The notes below the pieces were generated by a model that saw nothing but the letters and a program-made list of their open reading frames with translations, was not told where the DNA came from and ran no database searches. Of a DNA stretch of 53,356 nucleotides, positions 9,930 to 19,876 are shown piece after piece. A program made the position numbers and the translations under genes. This DNA comes from Acidobacteriota bacterium. Its GTDB lineage: Bacteria > Acidobacteriota > Thermoanaerobaculia > UBA5066 > Gp7-AA6. Numbering within the stretch: position 1 is the stretch's first letter; every line of letters begins with the position of its first letter. The stretch lies in NCBI GenBank assembly GCA_046726795.1, contig JBKPBH010000099.1, forward strand, positions 1 to 53,356, written 5' to 3'.

Positions 9930-12067
9930 AGCTCCGAGCCGACTTCGCGAGACTCCGGCGCGACAACCGCTTGATCGTCGGCCTCCTTCTGGCGGTCCTG
10001 GTCGTCTGGTCCGCCGTCTCGGCGCTCGAGCAGAGGGCCAACGCAATCGACCCGGCCACGATCACGGGCGGGCTGCTCCTCTTCGTCCTGTCCTACGTGA
10101 ACATCACGCTCATCGCCGCGGTGCTCTTCGTGCTCTGCCGGATCCTGTTGAAGACGTGGCTCGAACGCCGGAGACGGATTCTGGGCTCGCGGTTCCAGAC
10201 GAAGCTGCTCGTCACCTACCTCGGGTTGACCGCTATCCCGATCGGACTCCTCTTCTTCACGGCGACAGGGCTGCTTCAGCGGTCGATCGACCGCTGGTTC
10301 TCGACTCCGGTGCGGGAGGTCGTGGGCCGCGCGCGTGCCGTGCAGGACATGGCGGAGAAGCGCGTCGTGGACGAGACAATGGAGAAGGCCCGCAGCCTGG
10401 GCCAATCGGCACCGGACCCGGCGGCGTCGGGACGCCTCGAGGAGCTGCGCCGGCAGGAACGGCTCGACTCGATCGAGGCCTACCGAGGCATGCAGCGCAT
10501 CGCGCTCGCCGCCGAGACGCCGGCGTCCGTAGACCCCCTGCCCGCGGAGGTCCTCCGGAAGGCGGCGGCCAGCGGCCAGGAAGTCAAGATCGAGGTTCTG
10601 CCGGATCAGTCGCACCGCTACCGCGCGCTGGTCAAGGCCGGAGGCCTGGTCTGGGCCGCCGCGACCCGCGTCGGGCCGTCGGAGGCCCGGGCCCTGGACG
10701 CGATCGCCGCGGCCTGGAGCGACTACAAGAAGCTCGAGGCGCAGAAACCCGCCATCAAGGCCGCCAACATCTCGACGTTCTTGCTCATCACGCTGGCGAT
10801 TCTTTTCGCCGCGATCTGGGTCGGCTCGACGCTCGCGCGGCGCATCACGGGCCCGATCGCGGCCCTGGCCGAGTCCACGCGCCGGCTCCATTCCGGCGAC
10901 CTGACCGCGCGCGTGGACGTGCCGGCTGCCGACGAGATCGGCGCTCTTGTCTCCTCGTTCAACCGAATGGCGGACGGGCTCCAGGAGGCGCGTGATGCGC
11001 AGCTCTCCTCGAACGAGGAGCTGCAGGCCTCCAACCGGCGCCTGGACCTGGAGCGCCGGCTGCTGTCCACGGTCCTCGAGTCGGTGACGACCGGCGTCCT
11101 GGCCTTCGACTCGGAAGGGAGGGTCACCGTCTGCAACCCGGCCGCCCGGTCGCTCCTCTCGCTCGAGGGGGACGTGACGGTCGAGTCTCTCCGCCGGCGT
11201 CCGGAGCTCGCTCCGCTCGTCACGCTCGTCGAGCAGGCGCGGACACCGGCCTCGGCGCCCCTCTCCCGGGAGATCACTCTCCACTCGCAGGAGGGGGAGC
11301 GGAGGCTCGAGATCGCGATGCGCCCCTTGTCCCCGGCCTCGGCGGGCGAACGCGGCGGATGGGTGCTCGCCATCGAGGACACGACGCACGTGGCGCGCGA
11401 GCAGAAGCTCGCCGCCTGGAGTGACGTGGCGCGGCGCGTCGCGCATGAGATCAAGAACCCGCTGACCCCGATCCGTCTCTCCGCGGAACGGATCGCGAAG
11501 CGGCTCCGGGCCGGAGGACCCGACCTGCCGGAGGCGATCGCCCGCGGCACGAAAGTCATCGTCGAGGAGGTGGACTTCCTGAAGTCCCTGGTGGACGAGT
11601 TCTCCCGGTTCGCGCGGTTGCCGGAGATGAGGCCCGAGCCGACGGACCTGCCCGCTCTGGCACGGGGGGCCGTGCGCCTCTTCGAGGGGGCCCGCGAAGG
11701 GATCGCGCTCCGCGTCGAGAACCGGTTGTTCCGGCAGACCGTCCTGGTCGATCCCGAGCAGATCAAGCGGGCCCTGATCAACCTCCTCGACAATGCGCTC
11801 GAAGCCTGCGGCGCCTCCGGGGAGATCACGGTGCGCCTCTCGGAGGACGTGCGCGGCATCGCAATCGAGGTCGCGGACACGGGGCGCGGAGTCCCTCCGC
11901 GCGACCGCGACAAGCTCTTCCTGCCCGACTTCACGACGAAGGGGCGCGGCACCGGGCTCGGGCTCGCGATCGTGTCGCGCATCGTGGCCGACCACAACGG
12001 GACGATCCGCGTCGAGGACAACCGTCCCCGCGGTGCGCGGTTCATCATCGAGCTGCCGGCGGCATGA
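9926..12067 (+). CDS. ntrY: NtrY-like sensor histidine kinase (TM-HAMP-PAS-HisKA-HATPase)
   Basis: SIDRWFS, AWSDVARRVAHEIKNPLTPIRLSAERI, LINLLDNA, DTGRG, GTGLGL. Confidence 0.9.
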   Translation: MKLRADFARLRRDNRLIVGLLLAVLVVWSAVSALEQRANAIDPATITGGLLLFVLSYVNITLIAAVLFVLCRILLKTWLERRRRILGSRFQTKLLVTYLGLTAIPIGLLFFTATGLLQRSIDRWFSTPVREVVGRARAVQDMAEKRVVDETMEKARSLGQSAPDPAASGRLEELRRQERLDSIEAYRGMQRIALAAETPASVDPLPAEVLRKAAASGQEVKIEVLPDQSHRYRALVKAGGLVWAAATRVGPSEARALDAIAAAWSDYKKLEAQKPAIKAANISTFLLITLAILFAAIWVGSTLARRITGPIAALAESTRRLHSGDLTARVDVPAADEIGALVSSFNRMADGLQEARDAQLSSNEELQASNRRLDLERRLLSTVLESVTTGVLAFDSEGRVTVCNPAARSLLSLEGDVTVESLRRRPELAPLVTLVEQARTPASAPLSREITLHSQEGERRLEIAMRPLSPASAGERGGWVLAIEDTTHVAREQKLAAWSDVARRVAHEIKNPLTPIRLSAERIAKRLRAGGPDLPEAIARGTKVIVEEVDFLKSLVDEFSRFARLPEMRPEPTDLPALARGAVRLFEGAREGIALRVENRLFRQTVLVDPEQIKRALINLLDNALEACGASGEITVRLSEDVRGIAIEVADTGRGVPPRDRDKLFLPDFTTKGRGTGLGLAIVSRIVADHNGTIRVEDNRPRGARFIIELPAA

Positions 12068-13422
12068 AGAAGCGGCGAATCCTCGTCATCGACGACGAGA
12101 AGGCCATCCGGGAGACCCTCGCCGAGGTGCTCGCCGACGAAGGGTACGCTGTCACCGCGACCGAGTCGGGAGAGGAGGGCTTGAAGCGTCTGCGGGAGGA
12201 GGCCTTCGATCTGGCGTTCCTCGACGTCTGGCTGCGCGACCGCGACGGTCTGTCGGTCCTGGAGGCGGCGGACGGACGGCTCTCCGAGATCCCCGTCGTC
12301 ATGATCTCGGGGCACGCCAACGTCGAGACGGCGGTCAAGGCAGTCCGACTGGGCGCCTATGACTTCCTGGAGAAGCCCCTTTCGCTCGAGCGCGTGGTCC
12401 TGACGGCACAGAAGGCGATCGAGCGGCGAGACTTGCTCGCGGAGGTCGCCTCCTTCCGGGGTCGGAGCGAATCCGAGGCGACCCTGCTCGGTGAGTCGCC
12501 GGCCATGGAGCAGCTGCGCCGCGAGATCGCGCGCGTCGCGCCGACGGACGCCCGGGTCCTGATCACCGGCGAGAACGGCACGGGTAAGGAGCTCGTCGCG
12601 CGCTCCATCCACCGACACTCGGAGCGGTCTGACTCGCTCCTGGTCGAGGTCAACTGCGCCGCGATCCCCGAGGAGCTGATCGAGTCGGAGCTCTTCGGCC
12701 ACGTCCGCGGCTCCTTCACCGGAGCGACCGAGGACCGCCGGGGCAAGTTCGAGGAGGCCGACGGCGCGACGCTTTTCCTGGACGAAGTGGGCGACATGTC
12801 CGCCCGAACGCAGTCGAAGGTCCTCCGCGCGCTCCAGGAAGGGCGCTTCACGCGAGTCGGAGGGAGCAAAGCCATCTCCTCGGACGCTCGGGTCCTATCG
12901 GCCACCAACAAGAACCTGGCTGAGGAGATCCGCCGGGGGACGTTCCGCGAAGACCTCTTCTTCCGGCTGGCGGTCGTGCCAGTCTCCGTCCCGCCGCTGC
13001 GCGAGAGGCGCGAGGACATCGCGCTCCTAGCTCGCCACTTCCTGCGGCAGGCCTCCCTCCGGTTCGGGCGCAAGCCCAAGTCCCTTTCCGCAGCCGCCGT
13101 CGAGGCCCTGGTCGGCTACCGCTGGCCGGGCAACGTGCGGGAGCTGAAGAACCTGGTCGAGCGTCTGATGATCCTGTGCCCCTCCGAGGAGATCCGTCGG
13201 GAAGATCTGCCTGCCGAGATCGCCGAGGGCGAGCCCTCCGCGGTGTTGCCCGCCGACGCGCCTCTGCGGGACGCCCGGGACGACTTCGAGCGCCGTTACA
13301 TCCTCGCTTCGCTCCGCCGCCACCGCGGCAATGTCAGCCGCACCGCCGACGCGCTCCAGATCGAGCGATCGAACCTGTACCGAAAGCTTCGCAGCTACGG
13401 CATCGAGGTGGAAAGGGAGTAA
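12064..13422 (+). CDS. ntrX: NtrX-like sigma-54-dependent response regulator
   Basis: REC domain, ITGENGTGKE, ESELFGH-GSFTGA, FLDEVG, WPGNVREL and a Fis-type HTH. Confidence 0.9.
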   Translation: MKKRRILVIDDEKAIRETLAEVLADEGYAVTATESGEEGLKRLREEAFDLAFLDVWLRDRDGLSVLEAADGRLSEIPVVMISGHANVETAVKAVRLGAYDFLEKPLSLERVVLTAQKAIERRDLLAEVASFRGRSESEATLLGESPAMEQLRREIARVAPTDARVLITGENGTGKELVARSIHRHSERSDSLLVEVNCAAIPEELIESELFGHVRGSFTGATEDRRGKFEEADGATLFLDEVGDMSARTQSKVLRALQEGRFTRVGGSKAISSDARVLSATNKNLAEEIRRGTFREDLFFRLAVVPVSVPPLRERREDIALLARHFLRQASLRFGRKPKSLSAAAVEALVGYRWPGNVRELKNLVERLMILCPSEEIRREDLPAEIAEGEPSAVLPADAPLRDARDDFERRYILASLRRHRGNVSRTADALQIERSNLYRKLRSYGIEVERE

Positions 13423-13434
13423 ATAGCAATTCAC

Positions 13435-14340
13435 TCAGTCGCCCTCCTCAAGGAGACGCATCTCGAGAACTTGATCGGGTGAGAAGTTCTCGAGCCGCAG
13501 GAAGTGTTCTGCGGTGAGGAACATGGCCTCGGCGGGAGTCAGCCCGACGATCTCCGATCCCACGACGTTGACTCCGTAGCGCCGCGCTTCGGAGCAGACG
13601 CATTCGAAAACGCGGTGCAGCGGGGTCTTCCTGTAGTTGGTCATGTTGATCGAGACCTGGACTTGAGCGCGCTCGGCGAGCTCGACCCCCATCGCCTTGA
13701 CGTAACGGAAACCGCCGCCGATGTGGCGGATCGAGCGGGCGATCGAATCGGCGACGCGCAGATCGCGGGTCCCCAGGTTGATGTTGTAGGCGATCAGCGG
13801 TGGCCTCGCGCCGACGGCGACAGCGCCGGCCGTCGGATGCGGCCTCGTGGGGCCGAAGTCGGGGCTCCATTTCGGGTCCTTCATCTTTTCCGCGAAGCCT
13901 TCGAACTCCCCCTTCCGAACCTCGGCCAGGTTGCGCCGCGCCTCCGACACCGCGGAGTCCTCGTAGAGATAGACCGGGATTCCGTAGCGCGTCGCGATCT
14001 CGGCCCCCACGTCGCGGGAGAGCGCGATACAGTCCTCGACGCTGGCGCCGCGGATCGGGATGAACGGAACGACGTCCACCGCTCCCATGCGCGGGTGCTC
14101 CCCCTCGTGCCGGGTCAGGTCGATCCGCGGCACGGCCGCGTCGAACAGCGCGAGGACGCCCGCCCGGACCGCGGCGGCGTCGCCCACGAAGGTCAACACG
14201 CTGCGGTTGTGCGCGGAGTCCGACGAGACGTCCAGGAGCCGGACACCGGGCACCGCTCGGACGGCATCGGCGATCTCCCGCACGCGCTCTCGATCGCGCC
14301 CCTCGGACACGTTGGGAACGCACTCGATGACCGTCCGCAT
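13435..14340 (-). CDS. ftcD: Glutamate formiminotransferase (stand-alone)
   Basis: MRTVIECVPNVSEGR, HNRSV, GEHPRMGAVDVVPF, QVSINM, SEIVGL. Confidence 0.93.
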   Translation of the reverse strand: MRTVIECVPNVSEGRDRERVREIADAVRAVPGVRLLDVSSDSAHNRSVLTFVGDAAAVRAGVLALFDAAVPRIDLTRHEGEHPRMGAVDVVPFIPIRGASVEDCIALSRDVGAEIATRYGIPVYLYEDSAVSEARRNLAEVRKGEFEGFAEKMKDPKWSPDFGPTRPHPTAGAVAVGARPPLIAYNINLGTRDLRVADSIARSIRHIGGGFRYVKAMGVELAERAQVQVSINMTNYRKTPLHRVFECVCSEARRYGVNVVGSEIVGLTPAEAMFLTAEHFLRLENFSPDQVLEMRLLEEGD

Positions 14341-14389
14341 CGGGCAACAGTTTATAATCGTGCGGATAGTGCACATCCCGACGGAGCCC

Positions 14390-14461
14390 AGACGGAAGAC
14401 GGAAGACGAGGAGTACGCGGCCGGGCCTCTTCGTCTGCCCCCTCCCCTTTCGTGTCTCACG
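14390..14461. repeat. Degenerate inverted heptamer array (AGACGGA)
   Basis: agacgga agacgga agacgag ... cttcgtct ...; the right arm is weak. Confidence 0.45.
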
Positions 14462-14478
14462 GCCCAGGGATTCCTCCG

Positions 14479-16722
14479 ATGAGCTCCCCGGGCGCGGCCG
14501 GCTCCTACCCCGGCAACCCGTCTCTACCGGTGGAGGTCCGCGAGAAAATCCTCATGACCTTTCGCCATGCCCTAGGCCTCTTTTCTTCGGGCCACGTCGA
14601 CGATTGCCTGATCGGCTGCGAGTTCATCCTCAAGATGGATCCCCGCTTCACGCCGGCCAAGCGTCTGCAGGAAAAAGTGCGAAACCGGGACTCCGACGTG
14701 GACATCAGCGAGCTGCAGGCGATGGTCGATCCGGGAACCGCCGGGGTCGGTCCGGCGCCGGCCCCGCCCGCGCGGCCCGCCCCCACCGAGGCGCGCCCGA
14801 CGCCTGCGCGGGAAGACAAACCGGACGTGGAGAGCCTCCTGGCCGAAGCCGGACAGAAGTTCGATGCGCGCGATTTCGACGGCGCCATCGCCCTCGCCAG
14901 CCGCGCGCTCACTCTCGACCACGGCAACCGAGAGGCGCTCGCGATCGTGGAGAAGGCCGCCGGAAAGAAAGCCACGCAGCCACTCGTCGAGACGAGCAGA
15001 GCGCGCGCCGAGCAGGGGATCGCGGCGGGCCGGCTCGCCGAGGCGCGGCAGGAGCTCGAGCGCATCCGCTCTCTGGACCCGTACAATCCCGCGACCGGCG
15101 AGCTCGAGCGCCGGATCGCCTCGGCCACCTCCGCGACGGCGGGACTCCCCCCGGCGCCGGCGGATTTCAGTCTCGAGCCCGGGGAGACCCCGGCCCGGCC
15201 CACCGGCGGATTGCGGGGCGAATCCGGTCCCGACCTGGCCGGACTCCCGAGCGAGCCGTTCGGCCTCGATCCTCTCTCACATCCCGCTTCCTTCGCCGAG
15301 ATCGAGCCTCCGGAAGCAGACGACGCGGAGGCCTCTTCCCTCGACTCCCTGTCGCCGGGAGAAGAAGCCCTGGTGCCTCCCCCGCCGCCGAGCGCGGACC
15401 TCTTCCTCCCTGCGGACGAGGCCGGAAATGCGTCCTCCATCTCCGATGCTTCGCTCGACGAAGAGGAGACGGGTGCCGCCCTGCAAGAAATCGCCTCGCT
15501 CCTGAAGCAAGGGGACGACATCTCCCGCAAGGGGGACCGCCAGCAGGCGATCGAGATCTGGTCCCGCGTCTTCCTGATCGACATCAACAACGCCGAGGCG
15601 GTGACGCGGATCGAGAAGGCCCGGCAGGAGATGGCTGAGGGGGCCAAGCTGGTTGCGGAGCTCCTGCGGAATGGCCGCGAGAGCTTCGAGGCGGGAGACC
15701 GCGACTCGGCGCAGAAGTTCTTCCTCCAGGTTCAGACGCTCGATCCGGACGAGGCGACCGCGCGGGTCTATCTCGAGCGCCTGGAACGGGGGCAGGTCGA
15801 GCCGGCACGGGCCGCCGGCGGCGCGCCCACCGCGTCGAGAGCGGCCGGACCGCCCTCGAAGGAAGCGCTGGACCTCGTGCCCGCGCCCGCCCCGGAGGCG
15901 CCGACCGGACGAAGGGTGGCGCTCCCGATCCAGCGGCGCGTGTTCGCGGTGGTCGGGACGTTCGTAGTGCTCATCCTCGTCGGCGTTTTCCTGGTGCTCA
16001 AAGGGGGCCGTTCGCAGGAACCCCCGACCCAGGTGGTTTCGAAGGCGTCGCTCGCGCACGCTCGCGACCTGCTCGGAAAAGGAGAGATCGAGGAAGCGCG
16101 GGCGGAGTTGAAGCGAATCCCGCCGGGGGACACCGACGCGTCAGAAGCGCGGAAAATGCTGGTCGAGCTGGGCCGTCGCGGTGTCTCCGAGGTCTCCGGC
16201 GCGTCTCCGGCCAGACCAGCGGGCGCCGGCGAGCGCGAGGGGCGCGGCGAAGGCGACCCCGCGCGCCTTCGGGTCAACGCCGAGAAGGCGCTCGGTGAGA
16301 AGCGGTACATCGAGGCCCTGAAGAATTTCAACCTCGCCGCCCCCGCCTTCCGCAACGATCCGGACTTCGCCCAGAAGCAGGGGCTCGCAGCCGAGAAAGT
16401 CACGGCCCTGACTCCGGCGGTCAAGTTCTACAACGAGGGGGAATACGAAACGGCGATCCCCATCCTCTGGCGCATCGTTCAGGAGGACCGCGACAACCAG
16501 GACGCGCGCTCCTACCTGCTGCGCTCCTACTACAACGAGGGAATCACGCAGCTCCAGAACGGCCTCTACCAGAAGGCGATGCAGGCTTTCCAGGAAGCGC
16601 TCGCGCTCGATCCCAACGACGCCGAGGCGGTGCGGCACCGGAAGTTCGCCGAGCGCTATCAGAAGGCGGACCTGGACCTGATGGGCCGCATCTACGTCCG
16701 CCACCTGAACCACCGGCCTTAG
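14479..16722 (+). CDS. Single-pass membrane protein with TPRs on both sides
   Basis: ATG 14479. TPR-like helical repeats, acidic/Pro-rich linker, one TM (VFAVVGTFVVLILVGVFLVL), C-terminal TPRs (AFQEALALDPNDAEA). Confidence 0.85.
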   Translation: MSSPGAAGSYPGNPSLPVEVREKILMTFRHALGLFSSGHVDDCLIGCEFILKMDPRFTPAKRLQEKVRNRDSDVDISELQAMVDPGTAGVGPAPAPPARPAPTEARPTPAREDKPDVESLLAEAGQKFDARDFDGAIALASRALTLDHGNREALAIVEKAAGKKATQPLVETSRARAEQGIAAGRLAEARQELERIRSLDPYNPATGELERRIASATSATAGLPPAPADFSLEPGETPARPTGGLRGESGPDLAGLPSEPFGLDPLSHPASFAEIEPPEADDAEASSLDSLSPGEEALVPPPPPSADLFLPADEAGNASSISDASLDEEETGAALQEIASLLKQGDDISRKGDRQQAIEIWSRVFLIDINNAEAVTRIEKARQEMAEGAKLVAELLRNGRESFEAGDRDSAQKFFLQVQTLDPDEATARVYLERLERGQVEPARAAGGAPTASRAAGPPSKEALDLVPAPAPEAPTGRRVALPIQRRVFAVVGTFVVLILVGVFLVLKGGRSQEPPTQVVSKASLAHARDLLGKGEIEEARAELKRIPPGDTDASEARKMLVELGRRGVSEVSGASPARPAGAGEREGRGEGDPARLRVNAEKALGEKRYIEALKNFNLAAPAFRNDPDFAQKQGLAAEKVTALTPAVKFYNEGEYETAIPILWRIVQEDRDNQDARSYLLRSYYNEGITQLQNGLYQKAMQAFQEALALDPNDAEAVRHRKFAERYQKADLDLMGRIYVRHLNHRP

Positions 16723-16723
16723 A

Positions 16724-16758
16724 GAATCGTGATCGGTGACTCGTGATCGGTGATCGGA
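16724..16758. repeat. Single-arm heptamer array (GATCGGT)
   Basis: gaatcgt gatcggt gactcgt gatcggt gatcgga. Confidence 0.75.
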
Positions 16759-16765
16759 AGGCGGC

Positions 16766-17398
16766 ATGAGCCGGCTCGACGAGCTCGATCTGGCGCCGAG
16801 CTCGGCCACGGCGGCGTCCGAGTCCTCCGGAGCGGATCTTCTCTTCGACGGGACACGCGAAGCCGCTCCGGCCGAGGTCGCCGTCTCCGACGGCAGTCCG
16901 CTCTTTGACCTGCCGCTGTCCGACGGCGCCGGGAAGTCTCCGACCGCCGCGCCCGGGCAGGGCACCAGGGCGGGTCGCGAAGGAGTGGCACCGCTTTCTG
17001 CTCGGGGCGCGGCTCTCGCAGCCGACGCGGCGCTCGTGCTCCTGCTCACCGCAGCTCCGCTGCTCGGGGCGACGGCCGGGCCCGGGCACGTCCTGGCGTC
17101 CCGCGGTCTCTGGTGGAGCGCCGTGTTCACCCTCTATCTCTTCTTCTTCGCCACGGTCGTCCCCCTCATGCTCTTCGGCAAGACTGTGGGGATGGCCCTG
17201 ACGGGATTGACCGCGCGCGGCGGGCCGGGGCGGACGCCTCTGACCGCGGCCGAGGCCTCACGGCGATGGATCGGCACCGCACTCACGCTCGCCGGGCTCG
17301 GCATTCCGTTGCTCGCGACCCGCCGCAACGCCGACGCTCCGAGCCTGGCCGACCGATTCTCGAGGCGGTCGCTCATGTTGGAAGAAGTCGATCGTTGA
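16766..17398 (+). CDS. RDD family membrane protein
   Basis: ARGAALAADAA, FGKTVGMALTGL, SLADRFS; three hydrophobic segments. Confidence 0.8.
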   Translation: MSRLDELDLAPSSATAASESSGADLLFDGTREAAPAEVAVSDGSPLFDLPLSDGAGKSPTAAPGQGTRAGREGVAPLSARGAALAADAALVLLLTAAPLLGATAGPGHVLASRGLWWSAVFTLYLFFFATVVPLMLFGKTVGMALTGLTARGGPGRTPLTAAEASRRWIGTALTLAGLGIPLLATRRNADAPSLADRFSRRSLMLEEVDR

Positions 17399-17460
17399 TC
17401 GTCGATAGTTAAGATGACACCGGGCGCCACAGAACTATCGACTATTGACTATCGACTATG
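17387..17460. repeat. Inverted heptamer array (GTCGATA / TATCGAC)
   Basis: gtcgatc gttgatc gtcgata gtt ... aac tatcgac tattgac tatcgac tATG. Confidence 0.9.
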
Positions 17461-19107
17461 AAGTCTCCTCTCAAGATCGCCGTCGCGCAGATCGACACAA
17501 CCGTCGGGGATTTCTCCGGAAACGCGGAGAAGATCCTGGAGCTCGGGCGGCGCGCGGAGCGGGAGGGGTCCGACCTCGTGCTCTTTCCGGAGCTGGCCGT
17601 GTGCGGTTATCCTCCCCGGGACCTCGTCGAGCGTCGGGCCTTCATCACCGAGTCCGAGCGCACTGCGGCGCGGATCGCGAAGGCGAGCACCCGCGCCCTC
17701 TGGCTCTACGGCTCTCTCGAGCGTAACCGGGCGAGGCGTGGCCGCCGCGTCTTCAACGCCGCGGTCGCAGCCCGCGGCGGGAGGGTCGTCGCGCGGTACC
17801 ACAAGAGGCTCCTGCCGACCTACGACGTCTTCGACGAAGGGCGCTACATCGAGCCGGGGAACCGCCCGCTCGTCCTGCGCCTGGCGGGCGGGCGGATCGG
17901 CGTGACGATCTGCGAGGACATCTGGAACGACAAGACCTTCTGGAGACACCCGCTTTATCCAACCGATCCGGTCCGGGACATGAAGCCGCTCCGCCTCGAC
18001 CTGCACGTCAACATCTCGGCGTCCCCCTGGACACGCGGCAAGGCGCGTCTGCGCGAGCGCATGATGCGCCAGATCGCGCGGCATACGGGAGTGCCCCTCG
18101 TCTCCTGCAACCTCGTCGGAGGCAACGACAGCCTGGTGTTCGATGGCGAGTCCTCGGCCTTCGACACCCGGGGACGGGTCGTCGCGCGGGGCGAATCCTT
18201 CCGCGAGGACTTCTGGATGATCGAATTGCCGGGCGGCTCGGGGCCCGTCCGCAAGCGGGAGCCGGATGTCGCGAGACTCGCGCGGGCGCTCCGGCTGGCC
18301 CTGGCGGACTACGCGGGCAAGTGCGGGTTCTCGAGCGCCGTCCTGGGCCTCTCGGGGGGAATCGACTCCGCCGTAACCGCGACCCTCGCCGCGGAGGCTC
18401 TCGGGCCGGACCGGGTCCTGGGGGTTGCGATGCCCGGCCCTTACTCGTCGGAGGGGAGCCTGCGCGACGCACGGGAGCTCGCGAGTCGGCTTGGCCTCCG
18501 GCTGCTGGAGATTCCGATCGTTCCGGTCTTCGAGGCCTACCGCGCGGTCCTCGCCCCGGCGTTCGGGGTGGGCGACTGCGTGGCCGCCGAAGAGAACCTG
18601 CAGGCACGCATCCGCGGAGCGATCCTGATGGCCCTGTCCAATCGGTTCGGGCACCTCGTGCTCTCCACCGGAAACAAGTCGGAGCTCGCGGCCGGCTACT
18701 GCACCCTCTACGGAGATATGGCGGGGGGTTACGCGCTCCTCTCCGACGTCCCCAAGACGCTCGTGTATGAGCTGGCCCGGGAACTCAACCGGGAGGGGGA
18801 AAGGATCCCCGCCTCTTCGATCTCCAAGGAGCCCTCGGCGGAGCTGCGCCCCAACCAGAAGGACAGCGACACGATCCCCCCGTACGTCGTCCTCGATTCT
18901 CTGATCGAGGCGCTCGTCGACCGTTCCCTCCCGGCGGCCTCGGCCGCGGCCAGCGCGCGTGTCCCTGTCGATCTCGCGCGGGACATCGCGCGGCGCATCG
19001 ACCGCAACGAGTACAAGCGCCGGCAGATGCCGCCCGGACCGAAGGTCACCGCGCGGGCGTTCGGCGATGGCCGCCGCTATCCGATCGCGCAGAAGTTCCG
19101 CGTGTGA
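17458..19107 (+). CDS. nadE: Glutamine-dependent NAD+ synthetase
   Basis: Nitrilase domain with E-K-C triad (FPEL, YHK, ICEDIW), plus GLSGGIDSA, ENLQARIRG, GNKSE and PSAELRPNQKD. Confidence 0.97.
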   Translation: MKSPLKIAVAQIDTTVGDFSGNAEKILELGRRAEREGSDLVLFPELAVCGYPPRDLVERRAFITESERTAARIAKASTRALWLYGSLERNRARRGRRVFNAAVAARGGRVVARYHKRLLPTYDVFDEGRYIEPGNRPLVLRLAGGRIGVTICEDIWNDKTFWRHPLYPTDPVRDMKPLRLDLHVNISASPWTRGKARLRERMMRQIARHTGVPLVSCNLVGGNDSLVFDGESSAFDTRGRVVARGESFREDFWMIELPGGSGPVRKREPDVARLARALRLALADYAGKCGFSSAVLGLSGGIDSAVTATLAAEALGPDRVLGVAMPGPYSSEGSLRDARELASRLGLRLLEIPIVPVFEAYRAVLAPAFGVGDCVAAEENLQARIRGAILMALSNRFGHLVLSTGNKSELAAGYCTLYGDMAGGYALLSDVPKTLVYELARELNREGERIPASSISKEPSAELRPNQKDSDTIPPYVVLDSLIEALVDRSLPAASAAASARVPVDLARDIARRIDRNEYKRRQMPPGPKVTARAFGDGRRYPIAQKFRV

Positions 19108-19120
19108 CCGGACTCTCCCC

Positions 19121-19798
19121 ATGAGCGAGAAATACGTCTGGAAGGAGATCCCGGGCTCGTCGCACGACGTGCTGCGCCGGCGCATCCGCGCGTTGCCGCC
19201 CGGCCTCCGGTTGCTCGACCTCGGAGCCGCCGGCGGCCACCTGGGCCGCGCCGTAAGGGATCGATGCGCCTTCATCGCGGGGGTCGAGCCCCACCCGCCG
19301 TCCGGCTCGGCGAAGGCGGGCTACGACGACTGGCGCGAGGTGGACGCCCTGCACGCTGGAGAGTGGAGCGAGTATTTCGACGTCGTCGTCTGTGCGGATG
19401 TGCTCGAGCACGTGCTGAACCCCCTTCGACTGCTGGAGTCGATCCGCGTGTGGCTGAAGCCGAGCGGTGTGCTGCTGATCTCGATCCCGAACGTGGCGAA
19501 CATCTCCGTGCGCCTCGCGCTCCTCTTCGGTCAGTTCCGCTATGCCGAGCGCGGAATCCTCGACGACAGCCACGTCGCCTTCTACACGCGAGCGAGCGCG
19601 ATGGCCCTCCTGGAAGAAGGAGGGTTGCGGATCCGAGCGATCGAGCCGACGACGATGCCCTATGAACTCGCGTCGCCGATTCTCGCGCGCGCCCCCTGGA
19701 CCCTGCCGGCGAGGGCCTTCGCGAGGGTCAGCGCGAAGGCGTGGCCGACGCTGTTCGGGTACCAGTTCGTCTTCGAAGCGGTCAAGAAAGAATTCTAG
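19121..19798 (+). CDS. Class I SAM-dependent methyltransferase
   Basis: LLDLGAAGG, FDVVVCADVLEH, SIPNVAN, GILDDSH. Confidence 0.88.
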   Translation: MSEKYVWKEIPGSSHDVLRRRIRALPPGLRLLDLGAAGGHLGRAVRDRCAFIAGVEPHPPSGSAKAGYDDWREVDALHAGEWSEYFDVVVCADVLEHVLNPLRLLESIRVWLKPSGVLLISIPNVANISVRLALLFGQFRYAERGILDDSHVAFYTRASAMALLEEGGLRIRAIEPTTMPYELASPILARAPWTLPARAFARVSAKAWPTLFGYQFVFEAVKKEF

Positions 19799-19876
19799 AT
19801 TTCGATTTTGGATTCTCGATTGACGACGAACCGAGAGCTCCCGGAATCCGGAATCCAGAATCCAGAATCCAAGATG
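19791..19876. repeat. Inverted heptamer array (GATTCTG / AGAATCC)
   Basis: aattcTAGatttc gattttg gattctc gatt ... ggaatcc ggaatcc agaatcc agaatcc aagATG. Confidence 0.9.
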
